Positions 49,718 through 62,945 of a DNA stretch of 64,000 nucleotides are shown piece after piece (the first letter of the stretch is position 1; the number at the start of each line of letters is the position of its first letter). Where the stretch lies: assembly GCF_018977255.1 (NCBI RefSeq), contig NW_024704743.1, forward strand, positions 79,362,001-79,426,000. Direction: 5' to 3'. Origin of the DNA: Callorhinchus milii. Taxonomy: Eukaryota. Below the pieces are notes generated by a model that saw nothing but the letters and a program-made list of their open reading frames with translations, was not told the origin of the DNA and did not search any database. A program made the translations under genes and the position numbers.

Positions 49718-52700
49718 AATGTAACTTTCACGGAGTCCTGAAGAGTATTAGTTACAAAACACAGTCACTGTCCTTTTACAGTATATCCTCTGAAACACTT
49801 TGAAACTTCTTCCAGACATGAAAGATGCTATTCCAAATGTAAAGATTATTATTACAAGTAGCTATTTTCCAGGGCTTTAGAAGAGATGCTAAGAAAGGTA
49901 GAGCAAAGTGACCTCCCATTAAATTTTCAGGTCACTTTAAGCCAAGTTGACCCAGCACAAGTCCATAAAAATTATAGTCCATAGTACAAGTGCAAAGCTG
50001 TCTTTTGAGCAGGTGTAGCTTACACTTGCTTCACACCAGTTGCATCGCATGCTCAACTTCAAAGCTATCTGTTCAGTCTGCCTTCTATTAAAATCCTGTC
50101 TTTCAAATTGTCCTGGAGAATTCTTTAACACACTGGAGACAAACATAAAGTACTGGTGAATATTAAGGGTTTTACTTTGTACTATAATGTATTTTCAGAT
50201 CTACAAAATGTGTTGCACAAACTTTTCACATGTCACCAACATCTCAGTAAATCTGTCTTCGACTCTTGCCTTAAAATCTATCTCTTTGACTGCACCTATG
50301 CTCATCTCTCCCTTTCTCCATTTCCCCCTTCGCTGTTTGTTGCCCATCTTGTCACTGTAAAGCACTCTGAGATGTTATCCTTCGTGAAGGGTGCTATATA
50401 AAAATAAATTGATGTTTTTATTATTACAAATAAATTAGTAATGCCTTTTTACCATATTACTACAGTATGCTCCAAACCAATGCAAAAGGTCCTTTGAAAA
50501 TCCCAAACAGATTTTTTTTCTATTCCTTTATGTAAGTTGTAATGTTAATTAAACTCTAGTCAAACGTGGCTTTTTGATGTTCAGCTTGCTCCTGTTTAAT
50601 CTGGGGTGCTTTATCTCTACATCTCATAGCATTTACTTATGGTAACAATTGTGCGCAACAATTTTATCAGGTAGAGCCGAGAAAGCTCATAACATCTGGA
50701 TGGATGAACTGATTTGAAAGCAGTGAGCTTTCAGTAGTATCAGAGATAAGTACAGCATTGTAGGAAGGGGATGCTTACATTATTATTGTACAAAACCCAG
50801 GCATTTGAACTAAGTGGAGGCAAGATAAGCAGAGAAATGAAAAGAGCAACCCCTTTAGAATATCCCCTGGTTAACTATGAGTTCACTTATTATTATTATT
50901 ATTATTATTATTCACTTAGAGCTTAAGTCTACTGTGTCTAACTGGAAACACAGTGCACCTAGTTTCTGGTGACTTCCTACACTAAAAATGTCTGGTTATC
51001 AAGCTGCTGCCTATGTCATTTCCTACGTATTGGGCAGGAAGCGCACTGATGTCACTTTTACGAACGAAATGGTATCAATGATGCTTCTTATGTGTAGCAC
51101 CCAAGAGCAATGCACAGGAAGTGGCATGAGCAGCACTCCCTGTGCATAGTTGCCATGCTTATAACACGTCATGTCTGCAGTGATCTGACCACCCAGAAGT
51201 TGGCCATTCTTTTCATGCTCAACTTCTAACACAAGGTCCAGGATATTGGATCCTGATGGCCATGTCAAAACAGGGTTTGCTGGTATCATTTAATAGTAAT
51301 AATAATAATAATCCTTGCATTTGGTATGGCGCCTTAAAATGTCGGAAGGACATCTCAAAGGGCTTTACAAGAATTATTATGAAATTAAGTGACTGTGTAT
51401 TTTATATAGGCAAATGCAGCAGCACAATTGTGCATAGCAATGTCCCACAAACAGCCATGTGACCAATTTTATTTGGGCAATTATTTGCTAGGCCCAGGAC
51501 ATTGGGAGAAACTCTTACAGCTTTTCACAGCAGCACCTTGATTAAAATGTAGCACCATATCAACCAATGATTCATATTAATATCAATCATGTTTTACAGT
51601 TATCACATTAGCCCAGTGTCAAAAATGTTTCTTCTTTTTTTGATCAGGTTAATTTCAGTTAAAAGTAAAAGATTGGCAATCGAATATGGCATGTCAGACA
51701 TTTAATGTCTGATTCTAAAGTTTAATATTCCATTTGAAGGAGTTTTGCATCTTCTATAAAGAGAGATTCACGATTTGGCCGCAGAAATGTTTCTACAGAA
51801 ATGTCAGTCCAGGAAATATTATCTGCCGCACATATGTGAAAGCAATTGCTGGATCCAGGAAAGAATTCTGCAGTGTACAGCTGGAACGTGTTACATCATT
51901 GAATGTGAAGCTCAGAGCAGCTACTCCTTCATGTGGCATTAACACGTTTGCTTAAAGCTCCCTTAACCCCAGGCACCCAGTGCTGACCCTACGCTGAACT
52001 CGGTTTACATGTCCAAGGTCAAGCTGCCATTCAAGCACTCTGTGTCAACACAAGATATTCCCACGGCTGCACAGTCGAGGCATGAAATTGCACAATCTTT
52101 CCAAGATAGTAGTGTTTGACCCTACAAGGCCACTGCTGTGCTTAGCTCAAGTCGTAGGAACCCTTCTATCTTGGGTTACAATGGGGCACTGTTTTTCCAT
52201 CTATAATTGTACCAACGGTGACTCTGACAAGCTAACCCTGAGATAATCATCTGAGCTCAGTGGTATTGACAACATCGGGGGCTAAAAGCGGGTATTATTT
52301 AATGGGATTCCTTAATAAGGATTTTAGCATTCCCCTCGGCCTGTGTGAACTCCACTTCTGAAAGCAGTTTGCGTTGGAGCAGAGTTCCCACAGTGGTGTG
52401 AGGTATTGCTGGTTATCAGAAGGTGTTCCCTTTTGTGCATTAAAAAATACCAATGACAACTTGGACCTAAATAATAAACATAATGATGGTGTCAAGACTA
52501 CTGAAACCCCTTTTCTCCCTCCGTCAATCTTCCTCATTAATCTATAGACCTTTCAAGTTTAACCATGATTTCTTCACTTACTTTGATACTTTGAGCTTAG
52601 TCGAGGCTGTTATTCCTGTGCAGTGCTGGTAAAGCTCTGTATTGTTGGAGGTACCATCTTGCAGGCGAGATGTTGAACCAAAGTCCTGTCTGTTGAGGTG

Positions 52701-52944
52701 GACATTTTATATCGGGTGATGCTATTACTATTACAGTATCTTCCTGGTGTGGCTGGATTTTTTTGCCATTAAGATTTTTCCTAAAGATGAGCAAAGGCAA
52801 CTGACCAAGTTTCTAACCCAGCGCTGCTACTATATGGAAAATTGATTAACAAAAACTCATTGTGGTGAATTGTGGTGCAGATGTGATTTACAGTTGAATA
52901 GGAATCTAGGGTTTCCAAGGGGAGCTACTAGACTCCATACACAA

Positions 52945-53132
52945 AAAATAATAATAATAACAATTTGGTCACTTAATCCACAACTGTTTGTGGGTCACTG
53001 CTGTGCGCAATTGGCTGCTGCGTTTCGCCCACAAAATACACCGACAATTCACTTTACAGTATATTCTGTAAAGCACTTTGAGATATCTCACCGACATGAT
53101 AAGGCACTATATCAAATGCAAGGATTATTATT
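52945..53132 (+). mobile_element. 5'-truncated SINE (3' half)
   Basis: Matches the 3' half of the family. Confidence 0.85.
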
Positions 53133-55374
53133 TTGTTTTTTTACGAATTGAAAAGAAAACAGATTTGTTCCCATTTTCCTGGTCAGCAAAGCTCCAGATA
53201 AATTCTACTCACGACTGTGGGAATTTGTCAGTGTTAAAAGCTGAAGTATGAGAGATAAGAGTTTGTTCTAGTATCCTGGCTAATAATCCTCTAAATGGTC
53301 ACTCACTCACAAATTTGCTGCCTCGTTTACCCGCACAAATTGAGAAGTCGTGATGTGTTGTTGTTGTTGTATATGGAACAGTAGACAGAGCTAGTAGCAG
53401 AATTGTATGGCAATGCTGGTGAATGGAAAATGTTGCCACTTTTTGTAACGGTGCCAGGATCAAGTGTTCCCATGTCAGATGTAGGATATCAATGAGAGAA
53501 GAGACTCTAAACAGATATTCCCTTATATGAAAAGGTAAGAATAAGGACATGGACTAGAGCATGAGATGGTGTGGTTTGGAAGTAAACCCAAAGTATTTCA
53601 GGAAGCGTACTGGCCAGGAGGCAGAGGTTAGTGTTAAAGATTGAGAATAACCTGTATAAAGACTGAGATGTCAAGCAAGGTGGATAACCTCTTTGGTTGG
53701 CCAACAAAGTAAATGTTTCTTGATTGAATATTTCTTCATTCTATGCTATTCTGTTATTTCTATGATTATTTTGTTGGCCAACCAAATAGTCAGTGGTTAG
53801 ATGATATATAATACAATTATAATAATTCTTGTATTTGATACCACATTATCACATCATTAAAACACCTCAAAATGCTTCATGCCATGATTGGGTTTGAAGG
53901 GTCAATGGCATACGGTTTGCCATTTCAGGGATAAAGACAAATTCAAAGGTGACAAATTCAGGAAAGTTTCTTCACCTGTTTGAGAAGAGTAGGAAATGAT
54001 AGATCTAGAGAGAGTAGTAGAGAAAGAGAGAGGAGGGAGAGAGGAGGATTGAGCCAGCGCCCAGGAGAGACTGAAATAATTTCAACAGTGTCCTGCAAAA
54101 CACGTGAACAGTGACTGTAAGTGCAACCTTCACTGGAAATAGCATTAAAAGCTGTGGATCACGTGAATTTACATTTACGTAAACTTGGGGTCACTGTGGA
54201 ATCTAATTTTGAAAATCACTGTTAACAGTTGAGCTACAGATTTTTTTTATTGTGTATTTCATCAACAGCTTGATATAGAGATACAAAATGTGATCAGCCG
54301 ATTAACAATAAGAATAGCTATTTGCATTTATATAGCGCTATTCAAGTAGGATAAAATCTCAAATGCTTCACTAAGATGGCATTGATTGCCGAGCAAGGGG
54401 AATGAAGAAAGAGGTGGGAGAAAAGGGGGATAAGAATACATAGGAGCAATTGAAGAGGTAGGTTTTAAAGTGGGACTTAAAGACAGATAGAGAGGGGCAA
54501 GGTGAAGGGGTAGATGAAGAGAGTTCTAGAGGTTAGGGGAGTAGTCACTAATTAAAAAGACTATTACCCCAATGTGATTGTTAACACAATCATCCAGACA
54601 TTGTCTTTAAACCTATACAGGAATTTATGAGAGATGTCAGCTACTCAACTTCAACTGGGAGACACTTACATCAAAGGCAGTGATGAGAGGCAAGCGGTCT
54701 GCTTGGTGTCATTTGATCAGTGCTGGACTGAAAATCCATCAGATATGACTGTCGCCTATTTTTGGCCTGGAATCCTGCAATTTGGTGACCCAACACAAAC
54801 CCTCTTATTGGGTAGTAAAGAGCGTACAATGAGACTATCATAAGCTAAGAAACAGCTAAATGATTTCATTAGCCGAAGGTCACCAACCCAGTATTAACAG
54901 TGTTAAGCATTCATTGCTGCCTAATTTGTGGTATTTCTTAATGTGGGCTACTTTAATAAGGGATCCTAGTTGTGTAAATAGGGACTCCTTCTGGAAACCT
55001 GCAGTACGTCACACTCACCCAAAGGAATTCTGTTCCAATACGCTCTATTTCTGCTCCAATGGGCTCTATTTCTCCCTATTAAGGTATCATGTTAAGAAAG
55101 TCCACAAATCACACCCCAATATTTTTGCTACAACAACAACAACTTGGATTTATATAGCATCCTCCACGCCGGACGGTGTCTCAGAGGGCTTACATAGTGC
55201 TCAGTGCTACATAGTGCTCAGTGTAGCTTAATGCTTTGTTTAGTAATACAAGTTTCCATTGGATTCCACAAAATACACAATCAATTTACTTTACAATATA
55301 CTGAAGCGTTTTGGGACATCCTAATGACATGATAAGGATGCAAGAATTATTATTATGTTATTAATAATATATAT

Positions 55375-55746
55375 TAATAATAATAATCCTTGCATTTGAT
55401 ATACCGCCTTATCACGTCTTCGAGACGTCTCAAAGAGCTTCACAGAATATACTGTAAAGTGAATTGACTGTATATTTTGAAGGTGAAACGCAACAGCCAA
55501 TTGTGCACATCAGTGTACCACAAACAGTCGAGGATTGAGTGACCAAATTATTATTATTATTTTGAAGGGATTACTACCCCTGGAAAAGCGATCTGCCAAT
55601 CGACTAACAACCCGGTTCCTACTTACTTCTAGTAAACAGAGGCACGTGGAGTAAGGAAACTTGCCCAACATTTTGCCCTGCCGGGAATTGACCCCAGGTC
55701 TCTCGCTTGTGAGTCGAGTGTTCTAACCACTGAACTACAGGATTCC
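55375..55746 (-). mobile_element. tRNA-derived SINE, long subfamily, full length
   Basis: Reverse complement reads ggaatcctgtagttcagtggttagaacactcgactcacaagcgagagacctggggtcaattcccggcagggc..., then an extra ~65-bp body segment and the family tail. Confidence 0.9.
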
Positions 55747-56235
55747 GCGTAGTTTATAACCAGCATCTAAAACCCAGAATGCTGTACCAGGAAGACTGCA
55801 GTGTTTGTATTCTTTAAGAATGAGATCAAATGGGTTAAATTGCCTCCTTCATCTAAACACCTCCTGTGACATTGTGAACCTTTCCTGCAGTCTAAAAAAA
55901 TTGGAATGCGAGAAACAATTCTTCTCACTAAAACACACAGTGCATCCACTGGACTGGACAGTGAATTTCAGTCTCTGTTTTTCATGCTGATCCCATTGAA
56001 TCAACAGGAACTCCATTCAGTTGGAGTTAGCACAATAATTGATGTCATGTGCACTTAAAAGTGTAAAAGTAAATTTGTGGCAGGCTCTTTGATTGGGAAT
56101 TGTTATCTCTGCTGTGTACAGTTCAATCAGCACGTAAAGATCCTCTTCTTTTGTATGACTGGTCCCACGTCAAGGCTGCAAGTTCCTCCCTTTTACCACA
56201 TAACTGCATCAGGGATTCAGCAAGTATAATATATG

Positions 56236-56549
56236 ATAATAATCCTTGCATTTGACATAGCGTTTTTCATATCTTCTAGACATCTCTAAGTGCTTCACAG
56301 AATATATTGTAAAGTGAATTGACTGTATATTTGTGGGCGAACGCGGCAGCCAATTGCACACAGCAATGTCCCACAAACAGTCGTAGATTGAAAATGACCA
56401 ATTTATTATTGTTTTGGGTTTTGGAGGGAGTATTATTAGGCTCTGTGTGGAGTAAGGAAACTTGCCCAAGGTTTCGCCCTGCCTGGAATTGAACTCAGGT
56501 CTCTTGCTTGCAAAGCGAGTGCTCTAACCACTGAGCTACAGGACTCCAC
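56236..56549 (-). mobile_element. tRNA-derived SINE, young short subfamily, full length
   Basis: Reverse complement is near-identical to the 8047 and 22153 copies; ORF 56209..56469 is homologous to ORF 8131..8385. Confidence 0.92.
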
Positions 56550-57697
56550 CTCAGTGGGACCGCCCTCGCCTGGTTCGAGTCCTACCTCACAAACCACCAA
56601 TAGTACATCTGCACAAACGGCTTCTCCTCCTGCTCTCACCCGGTTACCTGCAAGGTATCCCAAGGATCCATCCTTGGCCCCCTCCTCTTTCTGATTTATA
56701 TGCTCCCTCTTGGGGATGTCATCCGCAGACATGGGGTACACTTTCACATGTATGCGGACGACACCCAACTCTATTTTTCCACCTCTCTTTGTGACCCCAG
56801 TCCCCTGATGTTCTGTCAGCCTGCCTGTCAGATCTCAGGAACTGGATGAGCGTGTATTTCCTTCAGCTGAAAGTTGACAAGACGGAAGCCATACTCTTTG
56901 GCTCTCGTCAACGTCTAAAATCTCACGGTTCTCACTTCCTCCACATACCCGACCTCCCCCAAAACTCTCTGAACCCGTACGCAACCTAGGCGTCAGATTC
57001 GACCCCCAACTATCCTTCTTCCCCCACATCCGGTCCCTCACTAGCACCGCCTTCTACCACCTCCGACGCATCGCTCGTCTCCACCAATACCTCACTCCAA
57101 AAGCCGCTGAACCCTGGTCCATGCTTTTGTCACCTCTTGGCTGGACTATTCAAATGCCCTCCTCGCCGGTCTCCCCTCCTCTACCATTCATAAAATTCAG
57201 GTCATACAAAACTCTGCCGCCCGCATTCTCACCCGCACCAAACTCCGCTCCCCGATTACCCCAGTCCTCGCCAGACTGCACTGGCTGCCTGTCCCAGAGA
57301 GGATCGATTTCAAGATCCTCACCCTTGTCTTCAAATCCCTCCACTCCTCTGCATCCCCCTACATCTCTGACCTCCTCTCTCCTCACAACAGTGCCCATTG
57401 CCTTCGTTCCACCAGGACTGGCCTCCTCCTCGTCTCCCGAGTCCTCCGCTCCACCACCAGCGGCCGTGCCTTCAGCCACTATGCCCCGAGTTCTCTGGAA
57501 CTCCCTTCCTCTCTCCCTTCGTCTCGCCCCCTCTCTTCCTATTTTCAGGTCTCGGCTGAAGACCTTTCTTTTTGACCGCGCCTTTGGTCACCTTCCTCCC
57601 CCTCCCCCTGGCTCGGCCCCGGGATCCGTTACTGTGAAGCGCTCTGATATGCAGTCCTGCGTGGAGGGCGCTATATAAATCCAAGTTGTTGTTGTTG
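56550..57697 (+). mobile_element. L2-clade LINE, 5'-truncated, RT C-terminal part plus 3' UTR, disrupted
   Basis: Encodes [37 protein letters not shown] and LHWLPV motifs with stops and frameshifts; hairpin and (GTT)n tail. Confidence 0.93.
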
Positions 57698-58054
57698 TAT
57701 CAGAAATCAACATCCCAATCCGATTGCTCAGACCAAACAACGAGGCTCAAATTCATGTTTTCAACCCTTTACTTACAAATAACAGTGTAGACTGAAAGAC
57801 TAGAAAAGAAAAAGATCTTAAGGCAAATTACTGGGTTAAGTGAAGATTGTTTGAGAAAGTGAAGAAGACAAATAAGATGTTCTACAATTTAGAGATCCTG
57901 GGAAACAATGAATTGCCGTAAGAGGTATTGCCAACTAGCTTCATGGAAGAAGGTATTGACCATTCAGTCAAGGAGGGGGGAGCCATCTCCAGAACATCTT
58001 CAATGGTTAGAGAATTTGTAAATGTAAACCATATGTTAGAGCTCACTTTATCCT

Positions 58055-58290
58055 CTTGAATTCCATCCCGCAGTCCCTCTATCTCGCCTCTTCCTCTGCC
58101 TTCTTCAAATCCCATCTCAAGACCGTCCTTTTCGACCGTGCTTTCGATCACCTTCCTTCCCCCCCTGCCCTCTACCCTCCCCAATCCCGACCCCCAACTC
58201 GGGTTCGAAGCACTGACTGTCCAGAGCCTTAGGACGTCCTCCCAATGTGAAAGGCGCTATACAAATGTAATTTTGTTGTTGTGGTTGTTG
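58055..58290 (+). mobile_element. L2 3' UTR/tail fragment (similar tails at about 13020-13077 -, 21075-21162 +, 38883-39095 -, 46610-46860 +, 50255-50410 +, 54310-54540 -)
   Basis: ttcaaatcccatctcaagaccgtccttttcgaccgtgctttcg...gtgaaaggcgctatacaaatgtaattttgttgttg. Confidence 0.8.
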
Positions 58291-58405
58291 AATAACTCTC
58301 CCTTCTATATTAGCATAATTATCTAGCAAGCTCTCAGTGAGGTAGAAATCCCATTTGAGTCTGGATTGATTTTATATTCTTAGCATTTCAGAACATCCAG
58401 AAGTT

Positions 58406-58763
58406 GGAGTCCTGTAGTTCAGTGTTTAGAGCACTTGCCTTGCAAACAAGAAGAACAGGGTTCAATTCCAGGCAGGGCGAAACCTTGGGCAAGTTTCCTT
58501 ACTCCACACGGCTAATAATAATCCCTTCAAAAAACAGTTGACAATAATAAATTGGTTATTTTCAATCCACGACTGTTGGCTGCCGCGTTTCGCCCACAAA
58601 TATACAGTCAATTCATTTTACAGCATATTCTGTGAAGCGCTTTGAGACGTATAGAAGACATGAAAAGCACTATATCAAATGCAAGGTTTATTATTATTAT
58701 TATTATTATTATCTTGAAGACGTGATAAGGCTCTATATCAAATTCAAGGATTATTGTTATTAT
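58406..58763 (+). mobile_element. tRNA-derived SINE followed by a second SINE tail (58713-58763)
   Basis: Head ggagtcctgtagttcagtgtttagagcac..., tail and (ATT)n, then gaagacgtgataaggctctatatcaaattcaaggattatt again. Confidence 0.88.
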
Positions 58764-60467
58764 AAATTCTTAAATACGGACTTATTTTTGAAGCCAGCTT
58801 TCTGTAATTTCCATATTTAAAATGTAATAAGTAAAATATAGGAAGGGATTAAAACTCTTGATTCTATCCAATGTTGTTATATCTGCTGTTGTTCTGTGCA
58901 CTTAAGAAGTATATTATTAAATTTTTATTAATTTTTGAAATCAGTCTTTTAACACAAATGCCTATTGTGAATTTGCGAAGAAAAATCAGTATTAGTGTAA
59001 AATATTACTCGTAATATCAATACGCAATCCAGATTCATATTATTATATTTTACTGTACTAAAGAGCTTTTAATGGTTTTACTCTCTTTTTGTGCCTGCCA
59101 GGATATTGTAGTGTACTGTGTGCTTTGAATCAATTAATTAATACCAGTGTACATTGATCTTGACTGTTCTTCTAGTGCACTTCTGTACTGCTGTGAAAAT
59201 GTTCAGAACAATAGAGTATTGTGGCTTCTCTTGCATGAATAACCTCCAGTTGTTCCCCTTGACATAGCCATGCATTAGTTATACTTTCCGTGCAGTATCG
59301 ATCACCAGATGTCCTCTGAGAACATTTGTTGGGATTTTGCTGGTAACAAGGATTTTAAAATTTGATTGGTTTTACCCTGACTGAATTTCAAGTCAGTCTG
59401 AACCAGGGTAAGGACTCAAATCTAGAAAAGGCAATCTTTAATTTGTAAGAATTCTTGTATTTGATATGGCACCTTATCATGTCGCAACTTCTCAAAGCAC
59501 TTCACAATTTTCTGTGCAGTGATTGTGTATTTGTAGATGAACCTGGCAGCCAATTTGCACACTGCAATTTCCTCCAAACCATCTTTCTTGCATTGTGCTG
59601 GTTCAAGGTTTTCTTTGGGTCTGGCGATGGGGGTGGGAGATGGTTCAAGTCTCTGCTGCATTTGTGGCAGCTCCAGACACCACCAAGGCTTTGTCTGCTT
59701 GTGTCTCTGTTCAAACTGCACAGCCTGCAGTAAGGCTGGTATTGATTTTATAGAAGCAGCAGGAATAACACTCTCTGCCATGAGGTGACAGGCTGCAGTT
59801 CAGCTGTCGCGTCTGTGCCACAGGAAAAACAGTGAATGTCAGCCCAAACCTCCAGTGATTTAGATCAGAACAACAGAAGATAGAAGTGCACAGCAATATT
59901 GGACTTTCTCTGTTCAATGCCAGAGAGTTTAGATGGCAAATCGATTGAAGATTTTGTCCCACAGTTTCATTCATCAATACACTAGCCTGACTTACCCTTT
60001 ATCCTTAGTATCCCAGTGCAAAATAGATAAACAATAATAATAACCGTTGCATTTGATATAGCGCTTTATCACAAAGTCTCAACGTGCTTCACAGAATATA
60101 TTATAAAGTGAATTGACTGTGTATTTTGTGAGTGAAACACGGCAGACACTTGCGCACAGCAGTGTCGCACAAGCAGTTATGGATTTAAATGGGGTACATT
60201 ATAACACACCACGTTGGATAGGAAAAGATGCATTGTGCTTTAGATTTAAACATGCCTTTATAAAACACAGTAGATGTTCTCAGAAGATACTCTCCATATT
60301 AGGTATAAATGCTGGATGTCGGAGTTTATATGGTACATTCCAGCTTTATTTGTGAATTTCTGCTTTTAGCCGAGAAGCATTCGGAGTTCCAAGGTGCCTG
60401 CTATTTTTAACTTCCAGCATTGCTGGAAGAAATGAAACACATGCAAAGCCATTTTCCATTTAGATAC

Positions 60468-60705
60468 TTAGGAATATAGAAACAGAGGTAGGCCATTCAG
60501 CCCCTTGAGTCTGTTCCGCCATTCTATTAGATCAAGGCTGATCTGTACCTCAACTCCAATTACCCAATTTCCCCTTATCCTTTGATACCCTGACCTAACA
60601 AAAAATCTATCCAACTCAGTCTTAAAAATTTGAATGGATCCAGCATCCACAGCCTTTTAGGGAAGAGATTTCCAAATTTCCACTACGCCTTTGCTGGAAA
60701 AAGTG
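60468..60705 (-). mobile_element. CR1 3'-end fragment
   Basis: DAGSIQIFKTELDRF plus a 3' UTR matching 44300-44500. Confidence 0.85.
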
Positions 60706-61439
60706 CTGGCAACAGTCAATATTAACACCCACCTCTGTTGTTTGAAAAGATAGTTGTATTATTGGGGGTTTGTAAAATGCTTTAATGGCTAAACTGCTGC
60801 GTAACCACTGGAAGAAAAAACACCTGCGGTGTATGCTGTTTTTCTCCAGGAAATCCAGTGCATGTCAACAATTTACCATATTTAATCTCTGAGGAGATCT
60901 TGTCTCATGAGATGTGGTCTCATGAACCACTGTAATGTATAGGGATTCCCTGCAGAAAACCCAGCTTTGTATTGCGAGTGCTATGTCTGGCAGTTACACA
61001 ACAGCTATGAGGTAGTTCTGTGGTTTTAATGCTTCTTCATCCCGAACATTAGGTTTGAATCTTTTTTCTGCAATGTAACTTTTGTTTGATGTGGGCATTA
61101 CACAATCCCATGTTGCTACTTGAAAAGAGCGTCCTTCAGTGTCCTGTCCAACAAAGCTCCAGACTAATAGATAGTTGTATTTGGTTTAAAATTGTCTGTT
61201 GTGTTAGCCTATACAAACAGTGTTTACACTTTACAATAGGTGCTGTGAAGAACTTTCAGATATTTCAGTGTATTAGTTTCTTATTATTATACACAGGTGG
61301 TGGAGGGAAAATACAATCTGTTTTCAGAATACACCATTTTGTTTGGCTGTGATCTTCCTTGTGGGGGAGGTAAGTAGGGTCTCTTAGGACCTGAACTGCT
61401 CAAAGTGATGTTATTGGCATGAGAATATTGGAATCAAGC

Positions 61440-61868
61440 CTGGCTTGTTGGTAGACCTTGGAGGAGCAGACCGGTCAATGGGAGCAGGGATTCTTTTCAC
61501 TTGGCTGCTAACCCTTGAAGCCAAAACTCTATTAGGTATGATGGTCCTAGCTTGACAAGCAACACGAAGCTTGGCAGACAGTGCTCGCAATAGCAAATTA
61601 TGCAGATTAAGACTCTAGTAGTTCCCCAACGCATCTTCTGGGATCTCTAGCAATGGCTCTCTCCAACCTGTGTCTATTACATTCTGGAATTAGCTAAGCA
61701 GCTTGCGTCCTTCCGGGAAAGAGTACGCATTCCATTCCAGACACAGGGATATTTCCATGTGTAGGTGGTCTACATGGGTGGATTGCTCAATCTGGTTTGA
61801 ATACTTTTAAGCATGGTGATGGGTTTCCGCATGTGTAAGTCACCCGGCTGACCAAAAAAACATGATCA
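61440..61868 (+). repeat. Unclassified ancient dispersed repeat (~450 bp); related copies at about 4420-4735 +, 25660-26135 +, 27490-27715 - and 31940-32150 -
   Basis: Shared collinear blocks: gagcagaccrgt, tagcttgacaagca, ggctct..ccaa.ctgtg.cta, ctggaattag, gagtrcrcattccattccag, tctggttt, aagcatgktgatgggttt, ggctgaccaa. Confidence 0.7.
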
Positions 61869-62504
61869 CAGTGGAGGACAGACACAGCCCTCAACCGCAA
61901 TTTGCCTGGAAAGTAAACATCATAATCATCCAACCGTTTCAGGAGCGACAAGATATCTCCACTGTGACAAACCTACAATCTTTCTTTCATGGAAAACAAA
62001 CTGAAACAATTTTCAAAGAAAGGTTTTGTAAAACAATGAAGGAACCATCTTATCTCTCTAACACAAACCTCAAGGAAAATGTTGGAGGTAGGAAGCTCAC
62101 TGCCCGTCGGCAACCCCTGTGAATACTCAAAGCCCCTTGGAGCTGTCAAAGGCACAAGTGGCACTATCAGTCACTAAGGACGGTTAGCAAGACTTTGAAA
62201 TCCTGTCAGTGGGACGACTGATAGCGTTTTCACACCACAATGATAAGCCTTGCCATTCTTATTCTACCTTTCACATTGCAAACTGTCAGGCTTCAGACCA
62301 TACAAGTGTTCAGTAAAACGGTTTTGCTTTATACAAACTTCTCTCTCCAGCACATTCAGCATAATTTACAGCTTCACTTTCAAAGTTAACCCAGCTTCAG
62401 AGTTGAAGCATTTGATTCAATTCAAATGAACTCATTGAATCTGAATTTCAATAGTTATTGTGAGCAAAGAGAATCAGGAATTTCTATATTTATTTAATGA
62501 TAAA

Positions 62505-62945
62505 TAATAATATTTTTTGTATTTGGTATAGTGCCTTTCACATCAGGAGTATGTCCCAAAGCACTTCACAGGATTTACTGTGGAGTAGCTGTATTTGAGG
62601 GCATACAAGGTAGTCAATGTGAGCACACTGATGTCCCACAAACAGCCATGAATGATCAATTTTATTTGAGGGATTGTTAATCGGGAGACCAGGAATAAAC
62701 TCCCTTCTCTTTCAAGTAATGCGGAGGGATCTTCAACATCCATCTGAACAGGGCTTAATGTCCATCTGAACAGGGCTTTTATTTAATGTTTGATCCAAAG
62801 AATGGCACCTCCATGCAGAGCAACCCCAGCACTGCAAGGGAGTATCAGCTTAGACAGTATCAGTTCCAAGTCTCAACGTGATACTTGAATCCACAACCTT
62901 GTGACTCAGAGGTGAGAGTGCTACCAACTGAGCTATGCTGACGCT
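62505..62945 (-). mobile_element. Older DeuSINE (SacSINE1-like), near full length
   Basis: Reverse complement of the 36720 type: ccacaaccttgtgactcagaggtgagagtgctaccaactgagc head and gggatcttcaacatccatctgaacag core. Confidence 0.78.

Noticed and set aside
57121..57684. Long Pro/Ser-rich and Gly/Glu-rich ORFs (185 aa, 109 aa)
   Set aside because: They are off-frame and antisense readings of the C-rich L2 element
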